From Vitrella brassicaformis CCMP3155 (taxonomy: Eukaryota; Protista; Chromerida): DNA of 64,000 nt. The stretch spans positions 186,001-250,000 of the forward strand of contig CDMY01000571.1 of the NCBI GenBank assembly GCA_001179505.1, read 5' to 3'. The notes beneath the pieces are model-generated. The model had not been told where the DNA came from. It saw nothing but the letters and a program-made list of their open reading frames with translations, and searched no databases. The translations under genes and the position numbers were made by a program. Positions 25,466-38,869 of the stretch are shown in pieces (the first letter of the stretch is position 1; each line of letters starts with the position of its first letter).

Positions 25466-25495
25466 TGGGTGACACTCGGCATCAACTGAGGGAGG
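25466..25495 (+). repeat. Short remnant of the ANK-family 3' end
   Basis: tgggtgacactcggcatcaactgag matches 40621-40645 (WVTLGIN*). Confidence 0.65.
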
Positions 25496-26085
25496 GAGGT
25501 GTGGTGTGGTCAGTGTGTGGGAGGAGGCCATTTTAAGCTGCTGAGTGGTTCCTTGTGGCAGCAGAGAGGGAGGGGAGAGGCGGACTTTGAGTGAGTGTGG
25601 ATTGCGAATTTCGTGAATGCGGTTGTGCAGGAGTGCGCAGCAGACAGGCAGGCACCTTGCCACACACGGATGTGCGCAGGGCTGGGCTGTGTGTGCAGAG
25701 AGGGAGGGAGGGAGGGGGCGTGCACTGCGCATGTGCCTCTCTCTCTCTCTCTCTGTGTGTGTGTTTGTGTGTGTGTGTGTTTCTGTCTGTCTGTCTGTCT
25801 GTCTGTTGGAATAGGCAGGCAGGACTCCGCTTATGGATCCATCCATCCATCCGTCCACCGTCCAAGATTCCCAATCGAACGAGCAGGCAAAATCTGCACA
25901 GACGCGTAAAAAACCCTCGTCGCTGGCCCGCTCAGCTCGCTACGCGCCCACTTCATTCCTCAGACTCTCTCTCTCTCTCTCTCTCTCTCCATCCATCCAT
26001 CAACAGCCAGCCACAGAGGGCAAATTGTCATAGGGCTGGCTGCTGAATACCCGCCTCTCTCTCGGCCCGTCGGCCGACCGATCAC

Positions 26086-27085
26086 TCAGAGGAGTGACTC
26101 TCCGACCTTCTCCTTGAGCAGGTTGGTGCCGAAGAGGAGCTCCTGCACGATCATGCCGGTGATGGCGATCATCGCCAGGCGGCCGTTCTTGAGCTCCTTC
26201 AGCTGCAGCTTCTCGTAGTCCTCCTCGTCCTCGGGAATGAACCGAGCACCGAAGCCCAGATCGCCCGGCGCGCTGACAACCACACACACACACACACACA
26301 CACACAGAGCAATCGATTCCCGAAAGGTGCCCAATGGGGGCGGCCATTGATGTGCCGTTCATTGTGGGCTCGTGTGCGCACTTCTCGAGGGATTGCCTGC
26401 CGGGCCCCAGCTCGATGGCCACGACGGCCGCCAGGATCTGCAGCAGCGCCTCGGGCCGCTCTTGCCACACCTTCACCACCTGCACACACACACACACACA
26501 CACACACCACCGCACACACACCACCGCACACTGATCCACCCATCAGTGAGGGGTGTGACGGATAATGACGGACGCACCTGCTTGAGCGGCAGGTCCTCTG
26601 AAAGGAACAGGGGGTCCGGCAGCCGCAGTGGCGTCTGCTGGATGATGTACCCCAGCGCCGCAAGCATCGCAAGACGACCTGCAACACCACAGTCACCACA
26701 ATCAGCGGCACACCCCCACTCCCCACTCCACTCACTCACCGTGCTTCAGCTCAATCGCCCTGTACTTGTAGAGGTTCTGCTCCTTCCCCAGGTTCAGAGG
26801 GTCGAACACGAAAGGGATCTCCACAGACACGCCAACGAGATCCTCCACAGCCATCTGTGGCGTTTGCCGCGCTCGCAGAGCAGGCTGCCGAGAGGCAGCC
26901 GGCGTCCTGAGAGGCGCGGTGGGCACGAACGCGGCCGTTTCATCGCCTGCGTGACATTTGGTTGCCAAGCATCGAAGCAACCAGAGAATCGGATCAATGA
27001 ATGAGTGTTTCTGTTGCCATTCTCTCTCTACCGTACCGTAGGCGGCTGCGATGAGCAGGAGCGAGGCGACGGCGAAGCACTTCAT
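26086..27085 (-). CDS. Plastid light-harvesting complex (LHC/FCP-type) protein with bipartite leader, about 5 exons
   Basis: FDPLNL, RAIELKH|[26 protein letters not shown]; signal peptide [16 protein letters not shown] then AAFVP and a basic transit peptide. Confidence 0.96.
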
Positions 27086-27311
27086 GATCTTCTTGCTCTC
27101 GGCGAGGGAAGCAGCGGCAGTGCTCGCAGCTTGATTCGGTGCTCTAAAATCGGCGTGAAACTTCATTGATTGCTCGTGAGCTCGCGCTGCGTTCTCCATC
27201 TCGTAGACAGCGCAGCGTCACCACAAGACGATAGCGAAGCGGTTGATTTGCTTGATTGATTCATTCATTCATTCATCCGTTCACTGACTGATCCACCCAT
27301 CCCGTCCAGCC

Positions 27312-28632
27312 ATGCCGCCTCCCTCCTCGACACGCGTGGTGCCGCTCCCCTCTCCTCATGTGGTGCTCGGTGAGCAGCCGATCATCTGTCTGAATGAATC
27401 AGTGAGTGTCTGTCCGTCTGTCTGTCAGTGACTGGAGCCAGTGGTGGGATCGGCAATGCAGCTGCCGTCGCATTCGCCGAGAAGGGCGACACAGTGGCCA
27501 TACACTACTCAGGTGAGCTGAGGGGTGCCATCCAGAGGTCTGCCTGCATTCATCGATGCGTTTGTATTTCCCTTCTTGCAGGCAGTCAGGAAAAGGCTAA
27601 GCTGACGCTCGATGCTGTCGTGAGGGCCGGTGGGAGCGGGGCGATCTTCCAGGCCGACCTCTCGCGCGTCAGTGAAGTGCGCCGCCTATATGACGAGGTC
27701 AGATGGCCTCTCTGCACAGCCGAATGAGTGATTGGCGCCATCACTCCCTCTCCCTCTCCCCCTCCCTCTGTGTGTGTGTAGGTGTTCGCGCGGTTCGGTC
27801 GCCTCGACGTCGTGTTTGTACGAGCATCCCGACACACGACCATCCCGACACACACCACACCCACACCCATGCGTTCTCCTTGCAGAACAACTCGGGCACT
27901 CTTGGCTTCGGGCCGATTCAGGACACACCGGAAAAGGTCTATGACATGATGATGGACGTCAACGTCAAGGGTCAGCAAGCAGCCAGCCCACGCCTGATAT
28001 TGTGATATTGATTGTGATTGTGTGTGTGTGTAGGTACATTCTTCTCGATGCAGGAGGCCATCGAGCGCATGGGTCACGGCGGGGTGATAATCAACAACAG
28101 CTCGGTACTTGGCCAGCACCCGCTGGCCAACCAGGCGTGTTACTGTGCAACCAAGGCGGCCGTCGTAGGCACACAAATATGCCATTTGTCAGGCCGACCA
28201 CTGCTGCCCTCCGTGTTTGTTTGTGTTTGGCAGAACATGCTCACGAAGTGCGCCGCGAAGGAGGCGGGAGACAAGGGCATCAGGGTGAATGCCGTCGCAC
28301 CGGTGAGTGAGAAGTGCACACACACCAAGGTGCCGGATGGTCAGCCTAGTGTGTGTGTGTGTGTGTGTGTGTGTAGGGACCTGTGCTGCCTGGTGAGTGA
28401 GAAGCAGACACACACACGGAGGGGGGAGAGAAAGCGGGCGATGCTCTTTCTGTGTGTGGTGTGTGCAGGCATGTTCCCTGAAGTCATGCGCTGCCAGATG
28501 GAGGCCATATCGCCGTTCAAGAGGATCGGCGAGGCGAGAGAGGTCGCAGCCCTCTGTGTGGCCCTCGCCAGCGAAGGCATGGGCTGGGTGTCGGGGCAGG
28601 TCATCAGTGTCGACGGGGCGGCTTTCTGCTGA
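27312..28632 (+). CDS. Classical short-chain dehydrogenase/reductase (FabG-like), multi-exon
   Basis: VTGASGGIG, QADLS, GRLDV, NNSG, NSSV, YCATK, GIRVNAVAP, GQVISVDG. Confidence 0.93.
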
Positions 28633-29322
28633 CTGACTGACTGACTGACTGGCCATATCGTCTGTGTGTGGCTTCTTCCTCTGGCAGCGTGTTGGTTCGG
28701 GTGAGAGAGAGAGAGTGGTCTGTCTGTCTGTCTGTTTGTCTGTCTGTGTGGTGTTGATATGTTTGGTGCACAGCACGCTGCTGCGAGTGGGTGTCTCCCA
28801 TTGTAGCTGACAGGGTGGGTGAGTGGCTCAGTCAGCAATAATTAATTAGCTGGATGGACCTGCCCTCTGCTCTGTGTGGGTATTTTTCCATCAATCATGA
28901 GCTGCAATAATGAGTGCACCTGAATGAAACGACCAGCCAGACACGAACGAGCATAATCATCGGATTCACTTGTGGCTGGCACACGCGAAAATGTCGAGTC
29001 GGCACTCCTCAAGCCAAGTCATGCAAGACTGCAAGATTTAGATAACACTTGATAAACATCCAGCACGCACCTAGACCAGATAAACGGACACACCAACACC
29101 ATCAGCAGCACCAAGGAGTCCGACACACGACTGACGCAGATCTCGCATACCGAAGCTGAAACGAGAGAACAGCAGGTGCGTCCCGATCCTGGCCGCAATT
29201 TGGCCCCCACCCTGTCTCAGAGCTTCCCCTGCCTGCCTGAGCAACAGCCGCCCACGCAGCCGCGTGTGGAAGGTTTTCCGTCGATCCCAAGGTTGATCCC
29301 CTCCCGGTTGTGCCAACCAGCC

Positions 29323-30218
29323 ATGATCCGCCTGTTGCTTCTCGCCGTCTGTCTCGGCGCCGTCTCCTCTCAGCAGACGAGCGGTGAGCTAGCCTCTACC
29401 TGTGTGTGTGAAAGTTTGTGTGGCGCCACTCACTGGTCCGTTGTGCGTGTGAGCATGTAGGGGGGCTGCCGTCTCTGCCGTCTCTGCCTGAGTTGTCCGT
29501 CACCGCTGGCCATGAGCTGACCGGAACCGCCACCACGGCCACGACGGCCCTTCACAGTGTGTGGTCTGGGGCGTCCGGCGGCCAGCATCAGCTGTCGCTC
29601 GTGCAGCAGCTGTCGCTCGTGCAGCAGGAGCAGCTGCAGCACGCCAAGACCATGGTGGAGTTGGCCAATAAGGTCAGCGAGGCGGCCCACCAGCTGGCCA
29701 GCACCGCCCTGGCCACCCTCGACACCGCCCAGCAGCAGATGGATCTCATCGCCGAGGGAGAGGCCGGTGCCGCCATCGCCAAGGAAGCCGGGGAGCAGCC
29801 GGAACCTGCCTTCCTCTCAGAGGCCGGTGAGCGAGAGCGACTCAGCCACGGGAAGTTGCTGAAAAGAGCCAAAGCGAAGGCCCCAGCTGCTACGTGCGTG
29901 GTGTTGTCAGGTTCCCTCTCCGCCGTTGAGGGGCCCGACCGGAACGCGATGACGTGCCGCGTCCAGCGGAAAAACCGAGAAAAAGGGGGCCACCTCCAAG
30001 TGATTGGCTGCCCAGAGAAGGATCGCGTGTGCGTCCTCGACAGCAAGGACCCAGAGGACGGGCCAGCCGGCGCCAACGGCCACTGCGTCGACCGGGACCT
30101 CTACAAGCTCCACTGGGGGTGCAGCCACAACCACTCGATGCAGGACAAAAAGGGGACCTTCCCACACAAGATCCAAGAACTTCAGTCGGGCAAGTACTGC
30201 CGAGTACTGCGCGGCTGA
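29323..30218 (+). CDS. Secreted six-Cys protein B (2 exons; intron 29384-29460)
   Basis: Signal peptide MIRLLLLAVCLGAVSS; long pro-like region ending GKLLKR; C...GCP..RVCVL...GHC...WGC...GKYC. Confidence 0.78.
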
Positions 30219-30480
30219 GTCGTTGACAGTTCCGATGAATCCCGAGAGAGAGAGAGAGAGAGAGGAGAGGGAGGCGGGGAGAGAGAGGGGGGCAATGCAG
30301 CGGACGAAAGCATGTACATGTTGAAGCGGTGATCGGCCGACCACACACAGACACATAGATCCATTCATCGGTCGGTCAAAACACACACGCCCCACACACG
30401 CTGGGACGCAGTTGCGAATTATCCACCTTTGATTATCCATTCTTCCGCCAGCCATCCCTCGGTCCATCAAGACACAACAC

Positions 30481-32865
30481 TCAAGTCTTGCCACCGCCAC
30501 CGCCCCCCATCAGTCCGCCCAGCGTCATCGGGATGGTGAATGGGAGCGACGACTGCGACCGGAGCTTCTGCCGCTTCTCGGTGATCTGCTGCGCCTCCTC
30601 CCTGCACACACACACACACACACACACAGACAGGTGGATACGGCGGTTAATCTGCGTGTTAGTTAGGTATGGCGTACTGGGGGAAGTGCAGCAGAGTCAG
30701 CAGCACGGGCACCAGACTCTCGTGCTCGGCGCCCCTGAATGAATGACCGATCGAACGATCCACACACACAGAGACAGACAGGCCGCATGACATGACGCCC
30801 CACCGCCCCACCGCCCCAACGAGCGATAGACCCACCCGGGCAAATCGGTCTCCAGGAAGCTCTTGAGGATGTTCTTGAGGTACTCCATTGGCGTCTTCTG
30901 GTTGCCCAGCTCCGTCACCGACTTTGTCGCCTCCGCGGCCCGCAGCTCGTGCTTCAAATGGGCAATCTGACACACACACACACACACACAGAGAGAGAGA
31001 GGGAGAGGGAGGGAGAGGGAGGCGTTTCTCGCTCTCTCTGTGAGAGGGAGGGTGGCTGTACTTGTTTGGTGATCAGTGAGTTCTGCTGGCGCTCCTCGAC
31101 GAGTGACGACTCCAGCTGCCGCACCCGCTGCCGCAGCTTGTGGACGTCATCCCACGCCGTCTGCACACACACACAGACAGAGGGAGAGAGGGAGAGGGGC
31201 ATTTGCGTGTGTGTGTGTGTGTGTGTGGCCCGCTTCCAGGTTACCGCAGTGCCTATCACACTTCCCTCATAGTGTGACCCCGCCCGCCGCCAGCCCCCGC
31301 CGAGTGTGGGTGAGGAGCGGAACAGCGACGACGCCTCGTCCATCTCGTCCTCCATCTCTCCCAGCCCCAGCCCCACTGCCACGCCCTCGCTGTCTGCAGG
31401 GTGGTGGTGGTGGTGCTCGTGATCGCCGCCTACAGGCAGACACAGACACGGACACACAGGAAGGGAAGATCTCTTTCTGCCCCTCCCCCCCTCTCTCTCT
31501 CTGTGTGTGTGTGTGTGGGTACCCTGCTGCTGCTGCTGCTGCTGGTGGTGTGTGGCGAGAGGCGGCAGTTGTGCTGCTGGTGGTGCTGGTGACGACGGTG
31601 GGGGCTGGACAGTGTTGGTGGCCGACTCTAGTTTCTGCGCCAGCTCTGCGGCGCGAGTCGACTCGATCTTCAGCTCGCCTTGCAACTGACGAGACAGAGA
31701 CACAGATAGAGATGGGAGTGGGTGGGAGGGCTGTGGGTGGAGCGGCATGGGTGACCTGGTGGATGCGCTCCAGCTGCTGCTGGACGGTCAGCTGCAGCTC
31801 GGCCCTCTGAACACACACACACATACACACACACGGGGAGACAGAGAGGGAGACACAGAGAGAGGTGTGTGTGTCTTAAGGGGAGGCGGCTGACGCACCT
31901 TTTCGCCCTGTTCCGCCAGCCACTTGGCCTCCGCGTCTTCCAACTCCTGCACACACACACACACGCATAAGCCCCCTTCACCACACATCCTCTGTGTCCT
32001 CTGTGTCTGTCCCTCACCTGTTTGAACCCCTCTCTCAGGGCCATCTCGCTCTGCTCCTGCCTCTTGGCGGCCTCCATCCTGAAGGTCGCCAGGGTGCCCT
32101 CCAGCTGCGACCTGATGGCAGCCTGCTCGCCGAGGGAGCGCTCGAGCTTGTTGAGCTGCTGGCCCATCTCTACTTTGCCCTGGTTGGCCTTTTGCAGCTC
32201 CTGCTTCTGCACAGAGCCACACACACACACATACACAGACAGAGAGAGAGAGAGAGAGAGATAGAGAGAGGGAATGGGAGGCTCTCTGGCCCTGTGTGTG
32301 TGGCCTTTCGGTGGGTGGGGGAAGGGCCACTGCCTACCAGAGTGTTGAGCTGCGACGTCAGCGTCTTCTCCTGCTCCTCTTTGCCCGTGAGCTGCTCCAG
32401 ATAAGAGGCCGAGTTCTTCAAAGCCGTGTTGGCCTGCCATCCCATGCACAGACATCCACACACACACACACACACACACATGAGGGAGGGAGGGAGGGGG
32501 GAGGGGTGTTGAGGTGACCTTTATGCGGTAGAGGTCGTACTCCTTCTTAGTGTGCTCGAGCTCGGCCTTCATGGCCTCCAAAGCGGCGTCACGCTCACTC
32601 AGCCGGGCTCGCAGAGAGACCGCCTTAGCACCATAACACAACACACACACACTCTCTCTCTCTCTGTGTGTGTGTGTGTTTTACCTCGTCGGCGTGTCCC
32701 GGCTGCAGAGGTGGTGGGAGGGGCAACTCGGGCGGCAGGGCGGACACCGGCCACCACCACACCCACGGCAGCACCTCCGCCTCAGTACCTTTCTCACCGC
32801 CCTCTACCTCCACCTTGTCCTTCTCGCTCTCCTCAGCTGCACACACACACGCACACACACACACA

Positions 32866-32896
<31 letters not shown>

Positions 32897-33282
32897 CGCG
32901 CGCGTACCACCCTCAGCAGCACCATCAGCAGAAGCACCAGCGAGAGGTGCCTGTGACTGTGGCGACTGTTGTGGTGGTGGTGGTGGCGGTGGCGGTATGC
33001 AGCACCAGACCTCCCCCTCGACCATGACCGTGACGGCCCTGTCCCAGCCGCCCCGCTCCTGGAAACCGTCGAAGGAGGGGGCGCTGGTGAAGTGCTGACG
33101 GAGACGGGAGCACTGCTGAGAGACCACGGAGTGCTGCTCCTGAGGTGCGCATGACACACACAGGTGGTTCTGGGCGTGTGTGTGTGTGGTTTGGTGTGTG
33201 GGTGCGTGCCTCTTTGTGTGTGAGGTCTGCCTGCAGCTCTGCGATGCGCCTGTTCTGCTCTTCCATGCGGCCATTCGCCTAA

Positions 33283-33317
<35 letters not shown>

Positions 33318-33494
33318 TTCCCACACACAAAGGCAGCTCAGCTCAGCGATGTGTGTGTGTGTGTGTGTGTGAGCTGACCTGCGAGATGAGGCCCTTGAAT
33401 TTGCTATTCTGCGAGGCGAGCTTCTCGCCGCTCTCTTCCCTCTCTCTCAGCTGCTCCTTGACGGCACTGTGCTCAGCCTGGAGCTCATCGACCT

Positions 33495-33526
<32 letters not shown>

Positions 33527-36500
33527 TGGTGTGTGGGTGGTTTGAGGGTTTCTTACTTTAGTCTGCAGTGCGGCGGTTTTCTCTTTGGCCTTCATCAGCA
33601 AAGCCGCCTTGTCGCGCTTCAACGTCGCCGTCTCAGACCTGTTGACACACACGCACACACACACACACACAGAGGGAGAGACGTGTGTGTGTGTGTGTGG
33701 ACTCGTGTGTCTGTCACTCTCTCTGTGTCTGTCTGTCTGTGTGTGTCTGTCTGTCTGTCTGTCCGTCAAGGTGGGTCACTTGAGAGCGGCGATCTGCTGC
33801 TGCTTGGCCGCTATGTCCTCGGCTGCAGCGAGCAGCCTCTCCTCCTAAACACACACACACACACACATGGTCCGTCTGATGGAGGGACGGATGGCCTCCT
33901 CTCAGCCTACCATTTCCTTGATCGGCGCGCCGTCGTCCTTCGGTGGCTGGGCAGCGGCAGCGGCACTCGCACTCGCTCTTGCCCGCAGCTCCGCCAGCTC
34001 CTCCTGAGAGCGTGTGTGTATGCAGAAGAGTGGATTGGGGGGGNNNNNNNNNNNNNNNNNNNNNNNNNNNNNNNNNNNNNNNNNNNNNNNNNNNNNNNNN
34101 NNNNNNNNNNNNNNNNNNNNNNNNNNNNNNNNNNNNNNNNNNNNNNNNNNNNNNNNNNNNNNNNNNNNNNNNNNNNNNNNNNNNNNNNNNNNNNNNNNNN
34201 NNNNNNNNNNNNNNNNNNNNNNNNNNNNNNNNNNNNNNNNNNNNNNNNNNNNNNNNNNNNNNNNNNNNNNNNNNNNNNNNNNNNNNNNNNNNNNNNNNNN
34301 NNNNNNNNNNNNNNNNNNNNNNNNNNNNNNNNNNNNNNNNNNNGGGATGGATCGGTGAGGTGAAGGGGTACCTCTTTCTCCCGCAGCTGCTGCTGCATGG
34401 CCGCGACGCTCTCCTCCTCAGCGCGTGCACCCTCCTGGGCGTCATCCGCCGCCCTGCAGACACTCACATAAGACACACACATGTCACACACAGAGTGGGA
34501 CAGAGAGAGAGGGGGGGAGAGGGGGTCTATTGACCTGTGGGCGGATTGCAGCTCCTGCGAGAGACGGTCTTTCGCCGATTTCTCGGCTGTCAGGTCGGCG
34601 CCCAGCTCGCGAAGCTGCTGCTGGGCGGAGAGGAGTGACGCTTCCATCTCGCTCAGCTGCACCCACCCAGACAAACAGACAGACAGACAGAGAGACAGAC
34701 AAAGAGACGTCTGTGGGTGTGCGTGTCCAGAGCACCATGTCTCTCTCTCTCTCTCTCTCTGGCTACTTTGTCGGCTTTGCCAGCGAGCTGCTGCTGCAAA
34801 TCCTGGATGCTCTCATCGCGAGACCGCAGAGTGGCGGAGAGCTGCTCCACCTCTCGGCGCATGTCGGCGTCGCTCTCCTCCGCGGCTCTGCACACACAGA
34901 GAGGGAGGGAGGGAGAGGGCTGCACGTGTGTGTGTGTGGGCGTTGTCGGGGGAGGTTACCTCTGTGCGGCTTCTTTGGCGGCCTGCTCGGCCGTCAGCTG
35001 TCGCTGCGCTTCAGTGAGAGCCGCCTCCCTCTCTGTCAGCGATGACTCAACCGCAGTCACCTGCACTCGACGAACACACACGCACACATACACACACAGC
35101 CCCTCCCTCTCTCTCTCTCTGTGTGGGTGGGTGGGTGGGTGGTAGCAGTGGGGGCTGTGAGCCTGCCTGCTGCTGCAGGGCGTCCCTGTCGCTCTGTGTG
35201 TGGGCGAGCTCCTCTCTCAGTTGCTGGAGGTCGGCTTGCAGCGCTGCGGTCTCGTGTTTGTGCTGCTGGTGCTGTGTGTCTGTCTGCTGCTGCTGTTGCT
35301 GCTGGGCAGTGGCGAGCTGTCGCTCCAGGGCGTCTTTGGCCTGACAGAGAGCCAGGGAGAGTGAGAGTGAGAGTGAGAGGGCACACATCGATCTGTGTGC
35401 TTGCGCAGAGGCGCAGACCTCTTGCAGAGTGTCGAGCTGGGCGTGCAGCGCGCCTTTGGCTTCTTCTGCCGCACTCAACTGACACCGCACGGCCTCCATC
35501 TGCTTGAGGTGCTCTTGTGACTCCTGTGTGTGGTGCTGCTCGGCCTGACACACACACAGAGAGAGAGAAGGCGCATACACATACACACACACACACACAC
35601 AGAGGCTCTTTCTCACCATCCCACCCACCCTACCTCTTGCAGGCTTGCAATCCGGCTCTCTGCGGCCTTTAGCTGACACACACACACACACACACACAGA
35701 GAGAGAGAGGGGGGTGTCATGCTTGTGTGTGTTACTGCCGGGCACTCACCTTGTCGGCCAGCATCGCTCTCTCCTGCCCCTCTGTCGAGAGCCCCTCCTG
35801 GGCCGCCGAGAGCTCGGCGTCTCTCTCTTCCCGCTGCTGCTGCAGCTGCTGCACGGTCTGCTCGGCTTTGGCGAGCTGCTCAGCGCCCTGGTCCAACTGC
35901 AACTGCAGGGCCCTCAACTGACCGTCGACACACACATCCACACACACACACACACACACAGAGGCGCACCTTGCCCTCGGACTCTTCGCGAGCAGCCGCG
36001 AGCTCGGCGTCCCTCTCGGCCAGCTGTGCGGCGAGCTGGGCTCGGCTGCTCTCCTCCTGAGTGATGCGCTGCTGCAGCTGGTCTATGTTGGCTTCGAGAC
36101 CACTCATGGCCGACTCAAGCTGACACACACACAGAGAGAGGGAGGGAGGGAGGGAGGGAGAGAGAGAGGGTGGGGGGTTTGCTCTCTCTCTCTCTCTCTC
36201 TCGGTGTGTGTGTGTGTGTGTGACGCACCTCAGCTGACCGCGCCGCCCTGTCGGCCATCTGTTCGACCTGCGTCTGGAAGGTGTTGAGCTTGGCGAGCAG
36301 CGCGTCTTTCTCCTCGGTCCATCTGGCACTCTCCTGTCGCAACTGCTGCACCGGCAAACACACAGAGGGAGAGGGAGGGCCGTGTGGGGTGTGCGGCCTT
36401 GTGGGTGGGGGCGTACCATCTCGTGCCGCGTGTCGAGGTCCTCCTTCTGGTCGACAATCCGCTGCCTAACCTCCTCAAGCGCCCTTTCCCCCAATCCCGC

Positions 36501-38401
36501 CCCCCCACAAACACACAGACACCAATTCTCACGCCCACACCGCACTCCACACACGACTCGGCTCACCTCTCTGTCTTCTCCTTCTCACTCCTCAGCTCGC
36601 CGAGCTCCCTCTCCAGCCCGGCAGCGGCCTCCCTCAGCCGCTCACTCTCGCCCTCCGCCCGTCTGAGGCGGATCTCCTGCTCACCTGCGGTGGCCTTTTT
36701 CTCGCTGAGGGCGGCCTGCAGGTCGCTCTCGAGGCGGTAAGCCCGGTCCTGCCACTTCTCGCACTCCTTGATGGCGACATTCTTCTCCTGATTGTTGCAC
36801 ATACACACACACAGAGAGAGAGAGAGAGCAAATGAGGGAGGGAGGGTGGGAGAGGGAGAGGGAGGGGGTGGGCTGCTGACTTTGGTGGACTCGATTTGTT
36901 GTTTCTGGATCTGCCGCGAGAGCTTTTCGTTTTCGCTCTGCAGCAGCTGCACTTGACGGGGGAGATCCAACTCGGCCTGATGGACACACAGACACACCAC
37001 ACACCATGGCCCCTCTCTCTCTCAGTGTGTGTGTGTGTCCGTCCTGACCCGCTGCGCATGCTGCTGCTGCTGCTGCTGCTCCTTCTGCTGCTGCTGCTGC
37101 GATGATGATGAGTGTGCGGCGGCGTGGGTGGGCGAGTCCCCTCCCCCAGAAGCACCGGAGGATGCCGATCGCGACTCGTACTGGTCAGAGGGGGAGCTCC
37201 TGGCCTTGTCGAAACGGTGCTGCTGCTGCGGCTGCTGTTGCTGCTGCTGCTCTAAGCGGGCAATCTTGCTCCTGTTGACAGCCAGACAGAGAGGGAGGGG
37301 AGAAGAGAGAGAGAGAGAGAGATGTGGTTTGTGTGTGGGAGTGGCGGGGGCGTTTGGCTCACTTGAGCGACTGGTTCTCGACCTCCACCAGGGACTTTTC
37401 GGTTCGGACCTTCCGAAGCTCTGACTCAGTGGCACCTGCACACACACACTCACAGAGAGAGAGAGAGAGAGATGGAGACCCATCACATGGACGCCTCTAT
37501 CGCCTCCTCACTCTCGCCCTCTTGCTGCTGCTGCTGCTGCTGCTCTGTCAGCTGATCTCTCTCCCTCTCCAGCTCGGCCACCCTGGCCGTCTCCGCCGCG
37601 AGCTGCTCCCGGAGTGTCCGCACCTCATCGGTGAGCTGGGAGAGGCTCTCGGTGCGGCTGCTCAGCATGCTCCGCAGCTCGGCGTTCTCCTCCTCTCGCA
37701 CACTGCCGCCGCTGCTGCTCGGCTGGTGGGACTTGAGGGCCTCGTTTTCTCGCTCCAGCTCTGACGGATGGGTCGATTGCCGCACACAGACACACACAGG
37801 GAGAGAGAGAGGGAGAGAGGGTGGTGTGGGGGATGGCGCATTTGACACACTTGTGTGTGTGTGTGTGTGTGTGCTTGTTGTTACTTTCCATGCGTTCCTT
37901 GGCCTGCTTGAACGACTGGAAGCTCTTCCGCGCAAAGGCCTCCAGCTTCTCGCGGGACACTGACACACACACACAACCACACACAACCACACACAGACCG
38001 CTTCCCCTCTCTCTCTCTCTCTCCTACTCTGTGTAATGTGATCCGCAGCAGCAACAGCCGCGGCCCCTGGCTGCTTTGTGGCTGTGGATGAGGGAGAGGG
38101 GGGACGGGGTTGGGAGGGAGATGCCTGTGGCATCGATGGCGAGTTCTTCTCTGAGCCGGGCTGTGAGCCTGAGCCGGTGAGCCTCGCCTGTGCCGCCTGA
38201 GCCTCCTCGCCCACCTTCTCCAGAGCACTGTGGCACACCCACACACACAAGGGCCGTCTCGTGAAGAGATCATCTCTCCCTGTGTGTGTGTGTGTGTGCG
38301 CGCGGATCTGTCTGTGTGTCGTGTTTGCCATCTGCTCACCTCTGTGCTGCGCTCTGGAGCTTTTCGGTCAGGTTTCTCAGCCCGCCGCCGAGGTTCTTCA
38401 T
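30481..38401 (-). CDS. GRIP-domain golgin (long coiled coil), many exons, spans a gap
   Basis: Q/E/A-rich heptad exons throughout; C-terminal MEYLKNILKSFLETDLPG|AEHESLVPVLLTLLHFPQ|EEAQQI fits the GRIP consensus; start MKNLGGGLRNLTEK. Confidence 0.85.
34044..34343. other. Assembly gap (300 N) inside a golgin intron
   Basis: G tracts on both sides; flanking exons join in phase (LREKE|EELAELR). Confidence 1.
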
Positions 38402-38565
38402 CTCTGCAGCTCTCCTTTCTGGTGTGTGGCCAACCAACACGCTCACAGGCTCGGTCGCTCAACAAACACTTTACTCTCTGGTACTACTTGTTTGGTTGCA
38501 GCTGCGAAAGCTCCGCTACCCACCATCCACACGCACATATTTTCCTCCCATTTCTGAGCAGGCTG

Positions 38566-38607
38566 TAGGGTTTATGACCCTACGCCCTCAGAAACCCTAC
38601 ACCCTAA
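38566..38607. promoter_or_regulatory. Telomere-like box cluster between golgin (-) and ANK2 (+)
   Basis: TAGGGTTTA...ACCCTA...AAACCCTAC-ACCCTAA. Confidence 0.55.
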
Positions 38608-38869
38608 CGTGAATGCCGCCACTGTTAACCGACAAGCAATCAAAATGGAGGTATGACGACTTCAAGGAGGCAGAGAGGGCCGAGGACTGTGTGTTGTACG
38701 CTGATAAGGTGAGAATGGGTCAGGAGAGAAAGAGAAGGAGGGGGCAATGAGAATCATTATGAGATGCCTGTTTGTTGTCTGTTTCTCACGATGCATGCAG
38801 CTTGGAGTGATGCCGTGAGGTGACCAATGGCCTCCAGCTGCCGTGTGGTGTGAGCAGGCCGCGTCAGTG